The notes beneath the pieces were generated by a model. It was not told the DNA's origin. It saw nothing but the letters and a program-made list of their open reading frames with translations, and searched no databases. Position numbers and translations under genes: made by a program. 64,000 bases of DNA from Alloascoidea hylecoeti (lineage: Eukaryota), in the NCBI GenBank assembly GCA_001600815.1, contig BCKZ01000008.1, positions 1 through 64,000 on the forward strand, given 5' to 3'. This document shows positions 45,967 through 56,962 of this stretch, in pieces (the first letter of the stretch is position 1; the number at the start of each line of letters is the position of its first letter).

Positions 45967-47919
45967 CTATAAAATAGATAATCCGAAAGTTGAAAGAAGA
46001 ACAAAACCCAAAGTTAAAACCATCAATCGCAAATGACTGTCCCTACCTCCAATAACCGATGCTACAGCATTTGAACTCTGTTGGGTCACAATTGTAACAT
46101 TGGTCAGGTTCACAGTAGCAGTAGATTGTTGTGAAATATATGAATCGTAACTATCCGATGTACCATTGACGTTTTCAGTTGCATAAGTTAAGCTAGAGTA
46201 ATCCTCACCAAGCTGGGTAGTTCCAAAATATTGGGCTTCTACCTCAGAGCTAGAACTTAAAACAATGCTTAAAACACTAGAAGATGTTAAAGCACTTGAT
46301 GAAGCACCTTCTGAATAGGTGGTTATTGAAGAAGCAGCCGTTGACGAAGCAGCTTTTGCATAAGTACTTTTTGACAAAGAAGCAGTTAAAGAAGCGCCTG
46401 TTGAAGAAGCACCTGTTGAAGAAGCACCTATTGAAGAAGCACCTGTTGAAGAAGCACCTGTTGAAGAAGCACCTGTTGAACTAGATGAAGATAAACCAAC
46501 TCCACTAGAAGATGAGATAGCAGCGGAACTTGTGGCATGGCTACTAGAAGCTTTAAGAGAACTAGTACTACTCAGAAGTGTAGCGCTTCCAGAAAAAGAG
46601 CATTCTCCTTTTTCTTCATAATATTTATTCAAAATATAAGAGAGTTTTTCCTTTGTTCCACAATATGAATATTTACCATAAACACCTGTTGTTCCATTTG
46701 CAGTGATGTCCGTGCAGTTAACTAGATTACAAGCATATGAGTACAAATCAGCATAGTTTTCAGAATCTACGGTATCTGCTACCACACAAGATATTGTTTC
46801 ATTTAAAGTGTTACAAATGCTTTCATCAGGTGTTGGCGGTAAACTGGTTGATGCTTTCCAATTGGCTAATGTAGAAGCTGGACAATCATTGGTTTTAGTA
46901 TTTGTTGCGGTAAAACTATTGGAATTAATTGATGAAGGTGAAACAGTTGCAATTGCAGCAGAAAGGTAAGAGTAATCGGCCATGGTTGAAGCAGAATCAC
47001 CATCAATCGAAACTAGACCATAATTATTTGATTCTTCAAAATACATATAAACAATACCACCAGACCAAACATCTGTCATTTCATCAGAATAAAGCACAGG
47101 TGTATCTGTGAATGTTCTTGGACTTGGGGTATTACATCCATACTCAGAAAAGAAAATAGGTACCGAATAATTTTGAAACTCTTCTGTTCTATCTTTGTAA
47201 CCAGAACTTTCAAACGTTTGATCTCCACACCATTCATAAATATTGATGCCATAAAAGTCAACTTCTGAGTCTGAATCACCACAATTAAAATATTCTGCAA
47301 GATAATCACGGGTATTTTCATCATCATTTGTTGCATAACCAACAGGAATACTTCTATAACCTTTTTCTTTGATATAAGCTTTTGTATCACGAATAGCAGC
47401 TTTAACAAAAGCTGATGCATCTGTGTTAGTGTTGTCATTTGTAACCTCGTTACCAGCAAAAAATCCCAAAACATTGTCGTAACCTTGCAAAGCATCAACA
47501 ACGCTTGTATATCTGTTCAGAAGATCAACATCCCAAGATGGAGAATCTCTTGCAATAGAAGTCGCTGGTTCTGAAAGATCAGATACAATATAAATACCGT
47601 TATCAGCAAGTAAATTAATGCAATCATCATGATCTTCAGTTGGATCAATAGCATAAACACGAATAACGTTAGTTCCAAGGCCTAGAAAGTATGGTAAATC
47701 CCTTTCGCATTGGGATTTATCTTTTAAAGGATCAATATAATCGTATTCTCCAGATGCATCCTCCTGATATGCAACACCCTTCATAAAAAATTGAGATCCG
47801 TTATTTGAGTAAAAGAATTTATTACCCTTTATTTCAATTGGAGATATTGAAGCATTGATGACATTGATGATAGAGAAAAGGCAAGTCGCCCAATAAGATA
47901 CTCTCAGAGTAGTGAACAT
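45967..47919 (-). CDS. GPI-anchored beta-1,3-glucanosyltransferase, GH72 plus X8/CBM43 (Gas1/Phr-type)
   Basis: Signal peptide, IEIKGNKFF..NGSQFFMKGVAYQ, catalytic FFAGNEV and FFSEYGCN, Cys-rich X8 box, Ser/Thr-rich stalk and hydrophobic GPI tail. First ATG is at 47919. Confidence 0.96.
   Translation of the reverse strand: MFTTLRVSYWATCLFSIINVINASISPIEIKGNKFFYSNNGSQFFMKGVAYQEDASGEYDYIDPLKDKSQCERDLPYFLGLGTNVIRVYAIDPTEDHDDCINLLADNGIYIVSDLSEPATSIARDSPSWDVDLLNRYTSVVDALQGYDNVLGFFAGNEVTNDNTNTDASAFVKAAIRDTKAYIKEKGYRSIPVGYATNDDENTRDYLAEYFNCGDSDSEVDFYGINIYEWCGDQTFESSGYKDRTEEFQNYSVPIFFSEYGCNTPSPRTFTDTPVLYSDEMTDVWSGGIVYMYFEESNNYGLVSIDGDSASTMADYSYLSAAIATVSPSSINSNSFTATNTKTNDCPASTLANWKASTSLPPTPDESICNTLNETISCVVADTVDSENYADLYSYACNLVNCTDITANGTTGVYGKYSYCGTKEKLSYILNKYYEEKGECSFSGSATLLSSTSSLKASSSHATSSAAISSSSGVGLSSSSSTGASSTGASSTGASSIGASSTGASSTGASLTASLSKSTYAKAASSTAASSITTYSEGASSSALTSSSVLSIVLSSSSEVEAQYFGTTQLGEDYSSLTYATENVNGTSDSYDSYISQQSTATVNLTNVTIVTQQSSNAVASVIGGRDSHLRLMVLTLGFVLLSTFGLSIL
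46391..46480 (-). repeat. Coding 15-bp minisatellite (TGASS) x6 in the Gas stalk
   Basis: The plus strand has six tandem copies of GAAGCACCTGTTGAA with minor variants. Confidence 0.92.
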
Positions 47920-48849
47920 TATCGTCAAGATATGTTAAGAAATGAATGAAAAAAAGTGAGTTAATCAGAGAAATAGATCACTAGAAGGATTTCAATTTCT
48001 TAAATATAAAAGGAAAGCCTTCAATAAATCATGATCATATACAACAACAATGTTTAAAAGAATGTTAAATATAATTATTATGAAACCAACGTTGTCTAAA
48101 ATAAAAATATTCTGGTATCCCCTGAATATTTCCAGGTAAGTTTTGTTACAGCTGATCTGTAATATGTTTGACTCTGTAACACCAAGAGGTTATGTTGAAG
48201 AATGTAGCTCCAGTAATTATAATAGAAATATTATTTTAATTTTGACTTAGGATCTAGTATACGTAGTTAGCTAGTGAAATATGTTTTATGGATTAAATAA
48301 CTCTAAAGCTAGATCAGTGAGAATATTGCAAGCCGCTACAACTACAGCTGGTTTAACTCTAGACCATTATATATAGAGATTTTACAATTGGATAATATAT
48401 TCACTAATATGCATATGTAGATTCTAGAAGTATCATAAAATGTAAACAAATAATTCTTGGTATTGCAGCTAAATGCGTAGGCCAGTAATTACTCTAGCTG
48501 GACCTGTGCATATGATTAAACCTCTGTTTCGTTTCATAACAGATACATAGACATAGAAATTGTTGTTTGGTACGGGTTAAAGTATTAAGTTCACTACATA
48601 ATATACCACGTAAAACTTAATATCTGTCGCCAAAGGTCGTGTCAGTACTCTATAACTCATCATCAAAAAGGGTAGCAGAAGAACCCATGAAATCCGCGAA
48701 TAAATAACTAAACTCACTAAATGTAGTAATGAGTTTCAGAAAATTAGAACGTTTATTTTAGGCTTATTTTTCTCCTTTGACTTAACACAACTTTTGAGAG
48801 CGAGATGATCATGACGCCAAATCAAGATATTGGACCGTATTTCTTATCC

Positions 48850-49650
48850 GAAACTTCATAAACAGCCATTGCAACTTGTTACTTTCCAGGCAATAAATGA
48901 AATTACCCATCACAAATGCAAATAGTCTTGCCTTTCTTATTAATGATTATAAAAAAGTGGCACGGCCTCTTGTCGACTACTTAAGAGTAAATAATAAATA
49001 TCCAACATTTCTTAATCAGTTTTTACCAGAGACAAGTAAAAACTTTAAACTTATAATTATTAAGTGCCATTACAAATAGGCTCATTTTCAGAGTCGAGAA
49101 AACCTTGAAAAGAACAATCTAAGATACTTCAACAGTACTATTTATAGTCAACAGAGTGTCCTCCTTATTATCAGTTTAATGCAGAATCCTTCAAGTTTGT
49201 CAAAAGCCATTGCACATGTACAGTACTTCCCAACCTTACATATATATGTATTGTTAAGGACTCTCTCAAAACATTAAGACTTCCATTAGGGCAGCAATTG
49301 TCATATATATAGACAATGTTAAAACTTATAAATATTGAACAATTGGTAGTGGTTAAGTGCATAACAGGAAGCTGCCTCTAGATCTCCTTTCAATACTTTT
49401 GCACGTACTATGCATAACAAAAGCTGATATGTTTCCATTTTTTCAAAGATGTTCCGCAGATTACTTTTACTATGGTCTTTCCAGTGATGAGTATATTTAT
49501 GGTTGTTTCAAAATATTTGAGTGAGAATCACCTCTCCGTTCTCATATGTGGAAAATGTTGATCTATCTTTATAGACTTGTATTAGCCAAAATTCAATATG
49601 TTGATATACCTTCAAAATTCTAGCTTACATACATTTCATATACTTCTTCA
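48850..49650 (+). mobile_element. Degenerate non-LTR retrotransposon (LINE/L1-like) reverse transcriptase relic
   Basis: RT-like blocks appear in canonical order across frameshifts: LPIT..NDYKKVARPL..LR...NQFLP (48897-49030; cf. RPI.LLN.DYK..A..L..RL..Q.GF.P), LSKAIAHV (49197; D.SKAFD.V), FPT, SG..QEAA..SPF (49348-49391; GV.QG..LSP), MF/AD (49449-49461; FADD), KIFE*ESPL (49510; F..SGL), FKILA (49611; KYLG). Confidence 0.62.
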
Positions 49651-51013
49651 AGTTGCAATTTCCTGATAATTTAGTATACTGGTTGTCATCAGGTTCCATA
49701 TATGTTAGCCAATCTCCAAGCGCCAATTATAATCTTTCTTTCATATGATCTTATATGATCAGTAACACACGTAACTCTTTAAATTATAAAGATAATTGAT
49801 CCAATGGTTCGGGTTGTCGTCATAATCTGAAAAATAGTCATGATCGATATATCATGCATATATTTGAAGCGACTCTCCTCCTTGGGCGCTATAATGCGAT
49901 AGCCAAGTCTGGATCAGAAGGGTAATCAATAGCATATAACGTTAACATACTAATGGACTTCGTCTGAAGTCTCTAAAACAGATGGTTGCACTATCGCTAC
50001 GTGTATATTAAAACAATTATTCAATTCAGAAGCCCATGCGATGGATAACCGCTTATAATTATTGTTGATGCTTGATATAATTATTTGCCAAATTAGGCAG
50101 GTCAATTAGGAAAACATGGGGAACTGTCATATGCATCTATCATAGTATTAATTGTTGCCATATAGAAAGGAGGCTTGACGACATTGGCTTCTTTGAAGTC
50201 TACTTATACTTGTATAGCTATAGGTAATGATTTTACCATTTTGCAACTGTTCTACTTACAATTACATGTGTGAGGAAAAACACATATATGTAGACCAGTT
50301 TTCCTCGCTCAGCTTTGTTTTGGATGATTTAGACATATACGTGAATAAAGGATTCCCGAATTTATGCCCTAGATTCCAAAAATAAACACCCTTACACCCG
50401 AATTTTAATATAAAGCGTGTATTTATCAAGAAATAAATTTTTATTGCCTAAGAAGTAGATAATAAGGAAAATGAAGATGAGAGGATCATAAATAAGATGT
50501 ATAAAAAAATTCTGAAAGTTCAATTTTGAGTTAATTGAATTTGAAGTTGAAAATGGCTTCCACAGTATGACAAAACCCATACATCCACAACTTTAGACTT
50601 TTTCATTGCAAAATTATTCAAAAATAATGTGGCCTCCTCAACTATGGTAACACCTATACATCAAACCTAAAATGAATGATTTATCGAATCTGATTATTCA
50701 AAATTGGATGGATGATAGATTGAGGTTTGAGGAAGATGTGTGCAAAGTTTCATCAAAAAGTTTAAGTTCAATCTTGAGAAAAACAGATTAGTAGTTTTTG
50801 TTTTTTTAATTTTTGTATTATATCAGAAACAGTTTAGCTAACCGGCGTCATCCAATATCATGATCATCCATAGCTATTCTTTGATGTGCTGTGAGTGTGG
50901 CTTTTGGCGGATGTTGAGAGAATAAGGGTGGTGTATTGTTGAGAAAAATAAAAAACTAAAAACAAAAACTTTAAAACACGGGAGATTCCTGTGAATATAC
51001 CCTAGCCCACATC

Positions 51014-51282
51014 AAGCTCTCCATATGCTCTCCAATAACTCTCTAATATCTCTAATAAATTAAGCTCTCCAGTAAGCTCTCCAATAAGCTCTCCATTTAG
51101 CTCTCTCCATTTAGCTCTCTCCATTTAGCTCTTCAATTGCTCCCCAATAACTCTCTATTAAGCTATCCAGCTCTCCTAAACCTCTTTAATGAGCTCTCCA
51201 ATTAGCTCTCCAGTTAAACTCTCCAGTAACTCTCTATAATCTATGGCTATCCATAAGCTCTCCGTAAGTTGTATGCTCTCTA
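51014..51282. repeat. Heterogeneous non-coding minisatellite, about 22 units of ~12 bp, consensus WTAAGCTCTCCA
   Basis: Repeated AAGCTCTCCA / TAGCTCTCTCCA / TAACTCTCTA / GCTATCCA units can be read directly. Confidence 0.92.
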
Positions 51283-51699
51283 TCGGACTTTCACCCATAC
51301 ACCTTTTATTTTTAAACACGAATTGCCAGAAATTGAACAGGCGGATCAATAACAAAGTAACATTATTTAAAAGAGGAATAGAAAGTTAGTGTGTGTAGCT
51401 TCAGACAATTCCCAAATGTATTGCGTGAAAAAAACACTAGTTGTATGCGATTTTCGTGATTTTCTGCGGATACAAAACTTTCAACCTCAAACATTATTTT
51501 TACAAACTATGGAGGAAACTTTAGACCGTAGGGGGGTGAAAACTCCAGTCATAGAACAATTCCTAATTTTTGTATTAATCTCTGAATAATGAATGTCGCA
51601 GTTTCACGGAAATATTTAATAAGACTAAATATTAACCAACCGAACCGAAAGCCATCATTCTGAAGATAATGGAGAGAATTTCTAGTCACTGGTAAGCAC

Positions 51700-52050
51700 C
51701 AATAACTTTTGACTGGAGTAAGCAATGGTCATTTAAACTTGGATATACAAAGCTTCTATCACCAATTGCGCAAAGCCAGAGGGAAAAGTCAATCAGACAA
51801 ATCTACTCACCCAAAATATCGATATTTTACTTCTCTTATTAAAGACCATGTTGAAAGTTGAAACACTTATGCCAAAAGCTTCACAACCCCTTTGAAGACT
51901 ACTCAATTGTAATAGCGGATATCTGCTGGCCTTTGCTAGCAAAAAGAAGTTCACTCATATGATTAAAGATTGACTAGATGCATCCTTTCCGGGACTCTCT
52001 AGTAAAACATTAGGGATCTGATAAACTTGCTTGATTAATTATGTTGAGAA
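51700..52050 (+). mobile_element. Possible LINE ORF2 fragment (region just before the RT domain)
   Basis: Reads DIQSFYHQLRKARGKSQ...IKDHVES*NTYAKSF, then LDASF.GLSSKTLG/SDKL, weakly resembling KFFH..K.R and KSPGPDG. Confidence 0.25.
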
Positions 52051-52343
52051 TTGATTAAGTTTTATCCTACAACTTTATTAAAGCATCTAGATCTATCGGA
52101 ACTCCAGGATCAAATTTAATAAATAGGTAAGCTTCTTCTCATCGCGATTCGCGATACCTAAATCTATCGGAACGAAATCTATTATATGTATAATTACAAA
52201 CTATAATTATAATAATTTCATCAAACACAGTGCGTATGTAGATTTCCCATATGAAATCTTTATTAAAGAATTTTCATTCAGCTTACCATATAATATGTTC
52301 AATGTTAAATTATATAAAATCAGAACTATTTTAAATTGGTTAT

Positions 52344-53918
52344 TTATTTATCGTCAGTACTGGTTGTTACATTTTCGACCTGTGAAACTGACCCTGTATC
52401 TTTCTCTGGATCCTCTAATCCACCTTTTATATCTGTTAATTTCTTATTAGTAACATCTGGAATAACTGGTTTCCATGAAGATGTTTTCCAAGCAGGTATT
52501 TTGGACTCCCACATTTGGTTGATTTCCTCTAAGGATTTACCTTTTGTCTCCGGGAACATAAGAAACACATGAATTGTCATACAGAAACAAAATACAGCAT
52601 AGATGATATAAGTTCTCCAGGTAATATTATGAAAAGCTGGAGGTGTGAACATTCCTAAAGCAAAATTAAATATCCAATTAGAAGCTGTTGTCACTGCAGT
52701 AGCTCTTGCTCTCTGCCTTGTTGGAAATAATTCAGAGCAATAAAGCCATCCAGCAGGGCCCCACGATATTGCAAATGTACAAACAAAAAGATAACAAAAT
52801 GCTATTATTGCTTTAGAAGCTTTGCTATTATGGACTATAAGGTTTATATTTTCGTTGCCGTCAACGGATGCTACATGTGTGCCATATGTAGCAAAAAGTC
52901 CTGCAATTATAAATAAGAATATCATCATCACAGTGGAGCCAATATAAAATAGAGGTCTTCTTCCCCAATGATCACAAAATATAACTGTTGGAATCGTCAT
53001 GACAGTAAAAAGAACATACTGAATTGAAGAAGCAACTAAATTAGCATCACCACTATAACCAGCCATCTCGAAAACGTAGACAATGTAATACATTAATACA
53101 TTCATACCACACATTTGTTGCCAAATTTGTGTAAACATACCAATATGTGTTCTATTAATATTTTTCTTCGAAAACAATTCAAGGTAACTCATCTTCTTTG
53201 ACTCACGCTCAATTCTCACGGCCTCTTTTATTTCTTCTAGTTCAATTAGCACAGCTGGATCATCTGGATTATTTTTAGCCTGTATATGAGCAACAATATC
53301 AACAGCTTCTCCCCATCTATTATTCGATGCAAGCCATCTTGGAGACTCTGGGAGAAAGAAAACACCTGTAAATAAAAGTATTCCTGGAACGATTTGTAAA
53401 CCCCATGCCAACCTGAAAGATCCAACTCCATTGATTTTTGAGCATCCAAACCCAATATAGAAATTTATTAGAATGCCTAAAGTTACACACCACTGAAAAA
53501 AGCTACCTAAACTTCCTCTTATTCTCTTAGGCGAAGTTTCGGAAACATAGATAGGAACTTGTGATGATGCAAATCCAATTCCAACTCCGGAAATTAATCT
53601 GCCGCAAATTAGTTGTGCTCTATTTTGAGAAGATGATTGAATTGCAGCACCAATACTCCAAATAATTGAAGCTAGTTCAATCACTGGTTTTCTACCATAT
53701 TTATCTGAAAGTACACCTGCTAATAGACTTCCAAGAAAGCAGCCACCACTCATGCTGCTCGTAATTCCACCTTGTGTAATCGAATCTGGAGAGTGAAAAT
53801 AAGCAAGATAATCATCATCACCAATAAATGCCGAAACACTACTAATATCAAAACCAAAAAGAGCACCACCTATGCAAGCGATGAACGTTGTTAGATAAAT
53901 GTTATATATTGTGTACAT
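52344..53918 (-). CDS. High-affinity glucose/hexose transporter, HGT1-like sugar porter (MFS)
   Basis: GGALFGFDISS, SDKYGRK, GRLISGVGIG, PESPRWL, QIWQQMCGMNVLMYY, SWGPAGWLYCSELFP and PETKGKSLEEI. Confidence 0.95.
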   Translation of the reverse strand: MYTIYNIYLTTFIACIGGALFGFDISSVSAFIGDDDYLAYFHSPDSITQGGITSSMSGGCFLGSLLAGVLSDKYGRKPVIELASIIWSIGAAIQSSSQNRAQLICGRLISGVGIGFASSQVPIYVSETSPKRIRGSLGSFFQWCVTLGILINFYIGFGCSKINGVGSFRLAWGLQIVPGILLFTGVFFLPESPRWLASNNRWGEAVDIVAHIQAKNNPDDPAVLIELEEIKEAVRIERESKKMSYLELFSKKNINRTHIGMFTQIWQQMCGMNVLMYYIVYVFEMAGYSGDANLVASSIQYVLFTVMTIPTVIFCDHWGRRPLFYIGSTVMMIFLFIIAGLFATYGTHVASVDGNENINLIVHNSKASKAIIAFCYLFVCTFAISWGPAGWLYCSELFPTRQRARATAVTTASNWIFNFALGMFTPPAFHNITWRTYIIYAVFCFCMTIHVFLMFPETKGKSLEEINQMWESKIPAWKTSSWKPVIPDVTNKKLTDIKGGLEDPEKDTGSVSQVENVTTSTDDK

Positions 53919-54099
53919 TCTTTGAATCCTGATTGTTTTGAATCCAAATTTATATTGAGTTCAATAAATTCAAATGTATAACCGATTTCGAATAATATTA
54001 TTTCTATGATACAATATTGATCTTTTATGGTATAAATAACAATAAGAAATATTTCTTAAAGATTTGGTCATGGTGGTCAATTTATAATCTTCTCTAAAC

Positions 54100-54560
54100 C
54101 GGAAAAAAGGGATCATTAAGATATGAATATGAACATTTTTGTTTCAATATAACTATATCAAATTATAAATTAACCAAAATAATTAATGACAAAATTTAAA
54201 ACCTATGGCTAATTAATACATGTTACTTTAATTTCGGAGTATAAGAAGATATTATGTTAATATTATAACCTAGTATTATAATCACATATAATATATGATT
54301 ATCCTCAGGCTCATATTACAATGTAATTATCAACAATTAGAGCAAAATTAAAAATATTACCAATAAAAAATCTCTGCCTGCATAATTTGATGCATATGCA
54401 GATCAATTATGTATTATAATTATGCGATGTGGAGAAATTGGGGATGCATATGAATTTCCGGGGATAGTGGGGGTGGTCCGGGGGGTCATTGATTAGCACA
54501 AATTATTGTATAGCTAGTTTATGGGTCTGCATTTTTTCCGTAGGAATGTGTTTTTTCCGT
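54100..54560. promoter_or_regulatory. Cluster of Mig1/CreA-like and Rgt1-like sites upstream of the sugar transporter
   Basis: SYGGRG occurs at 54429 (GTGGAG), 54458 (AATTT-CCGGGG), 54467 (GTGGGG) and 54478 (CCGGGG). CGGAAAA occurs at 54100 and, as TTTTCCG, at 54534 and 54553. Confidence 0.6.
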
Positions 54561-55408
54561 GTATGGTTTCTTATTCTCCCTTATTTATCCTGTTTGCAAT
54601 TGCATTTTCTACGGTGCCGGGTACTTAAAATGAACAACTTTTTTAATGGTCATGATCATTTTAAGTGTCCGGCACTATAATCACAAAGTAATGATGATAT
54701 CACTAAATATAATTTCAGTGTATAATACTCTTACATTAATGAGCATCTAAAAGTATTGGTATATATATTATTAATTAACTATAGTAAAAATTACTTACAT
54801 CTAGAAACTTTTATAACCACACACTGACCAATTGCAATAATGACCAATTATAAATCATGATCAGATGATGTTTATATTAACCTTGATTATCAGAAATCAA
54901 AAAGGTAGTCCATTTTCTTCTAATCTATTGAATTATTATTGAATCCTGAGCCACTAGAACTTGAAGTATTTGAACTTGCTGATCGGGTATTGTAAAACCT
55001 TTTTTGCCTGGTATCGATGGTCGATTAAAAAGTACAGCGCGAGTTTACAAACCTAGAGTTTTCAGTGCTATTCAAAATAAATAAATATTGATCATACTAT
55101 GAGTTATATATGATGGTGCATATAACTTATAGCCTTGTTTCAATTAATGATGAGGCTCAGGCAGTATTGTTAAAAAGTATCTCTGAACCCTCAGATGACA
55201 TATCGATGAATTTAGTTGAATTAGTAGATATAGATCACCTAGTTGTTTTAAGCATAGTACTGACTAATGCGACAGAATTTGCGGCAGTCGTTGATTTTTT
55301 GTCATTTAATATAATGTATACGTAATATATATTGCGTAGTGGTAGCCATGATATCTAGAACAGATCTGATAAATACTGTTAATTAACGTTATTACTTTAT
55401 GTAAACTA

Positions 55409-55893
55409 GCGGCACCAGAAACATTTTCGGATATAAATTACATACCTAGTTCCCTAGGGTTTACACTTTAATTCATCTACTCTTCAAGCTGTAACCCAAA
55501 ACGATTTAGAACCTTCGGACTAGGGATCACATAGACTCCATAAGTCTAATCCCAAAATGGATCTTCACATGACAAACATTGTTATGATATGGGGCATCCT
55601 CAAAAATCCTGAAGCACTGAATTACGCGCCGGGCACAAGCCACGCAATTGTAGAGAAGAGTACCATAGGAAAATCAGAAGGATCTGATCTGTTTTCTAAG
55701 TAGAGTTTATTGGAGAAAGGTAGAAGAGATTAATGTAACATTCTCCAGGAGACACCATAGAACAGGAAAAGGTTGGCGGTTTGTGAGTCAAACTCCCTCC
55801 AAAAGAAGGTGACTCAGAAAAAAAAGCTTATTAACTAGGATAAAAAAAATTGTGGAACCCATTGAGGGTAGTAAATTGGATGTATAGTGTTAA
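55409..55893 (+). repeat. Dispersed repeat copy B (homolog of 43716-44212)
   Basis: Same ordered blocks as copy A; peptides NPKRFRTFGL, MIWGILKN, YWRKVEEIN and NPLRVVNWMYSV. Confidence 0.85.
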
Positions 55894-56962
55894 AGAAAAT
55901 AAAGAATTGATGATCGTAGTGAAAGTTTTGGTTAGATCATTTAGATGGTGTATAAAAGTCCGTTTACTGCAAGTTGCGTTCAATCTTAGGCTTAGGTGAC
56001 CCTTAGAGTTTTGTCGTTGATTTTGAAACAATTGATTACAAAGCTTGAAGTGAATTGATTTTAAATGAGCGAGATTTAAGAAATCTGTTTATAAGGCTAT
56101 GAGGTTAAATTATTTGTCTCGTATTAGAAAATCAGTTAGTTAATTATTTTGACACTTCCTACCTATCAATGAATCTCCAACATTAAATGATTAGTATAGC
56201 TATCAAGCACAATGGCGAGTGCAATACTCCTAAGTCATTTCTTTTTAAATATCCCAATAAAACAATCTGATCAGAACTATTCTAGATTCTCCATAATCTC
56301 CAGATCTTCTCAATATTTTCAAAAGCAGAAGGCATCTATCTCAAGGCAAGATTAAGTAAAGGCTCTAATAGTCTTAAGTTTGTTAAGAAATATCAGAAAC
56401 AGATTTCAATATGCACAAACTCCTTTGAAATTGTTGACATTTTCACCGGATGGTGCTATCATTAAAGTTGTTGGTGCCGTGGAATCAAAAGATTAAATAA
56501 CGAATCGCTCTCAGCTGCAGTTTCTACATGCATGAAATTTTCGAAAGGGTAATTCTCTAGATCTGTGTCTATGCGGTCACTCTCCCACTTCATCGTTCAG
56601 GAGATTTCATCACTACATAAAACTATAATACTTATCTGTTTCTGACGGTCGCAAGTAGTTATAATCGATTACCATTTATACTTCAAAGTTATATAAGCAT
56701 CCTCAATTGCAAGATCGAGAAGATGTTTGTGTCACGCGCCTATAATATTTATAGCTATGGCGTATAAGGAAATGGTCCTGGAAAGAAAAGATCTCATTGG
56801 TGCTTCGGCTGCAAACATTTCAAAGAACGCTGAAACAACCAAAAAATGCTGAAGTTGATGATGTTAAATCCGATTTAAATAATAATTAGAATCAGCTGTT
56901 GAATATTTACCCGGCCACCCAATTATATAGAGGCTAATAAACAGATATTATTCTCCAACACC

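Noticed and set aside
46284..46484. ORF with KKHLL repeats
   Set aside because: Antisense shadow of the TGASS repeat in the Gas gene.
51014..51282. CRISPR array
   Set aside because: Eukaryotic context, 12-bp degenerate units, no unique spacers and no cas genes.
55571..55651. Apparent twin zinc knuckle DKHCYDMGHPQKS*...GHKPRNC (gag/ORF1-like)
   Set aside because: The homologous copy at about 43910 has the same TGA and lacks the His; substitutions fit the alternative frame (WGILKN) better.
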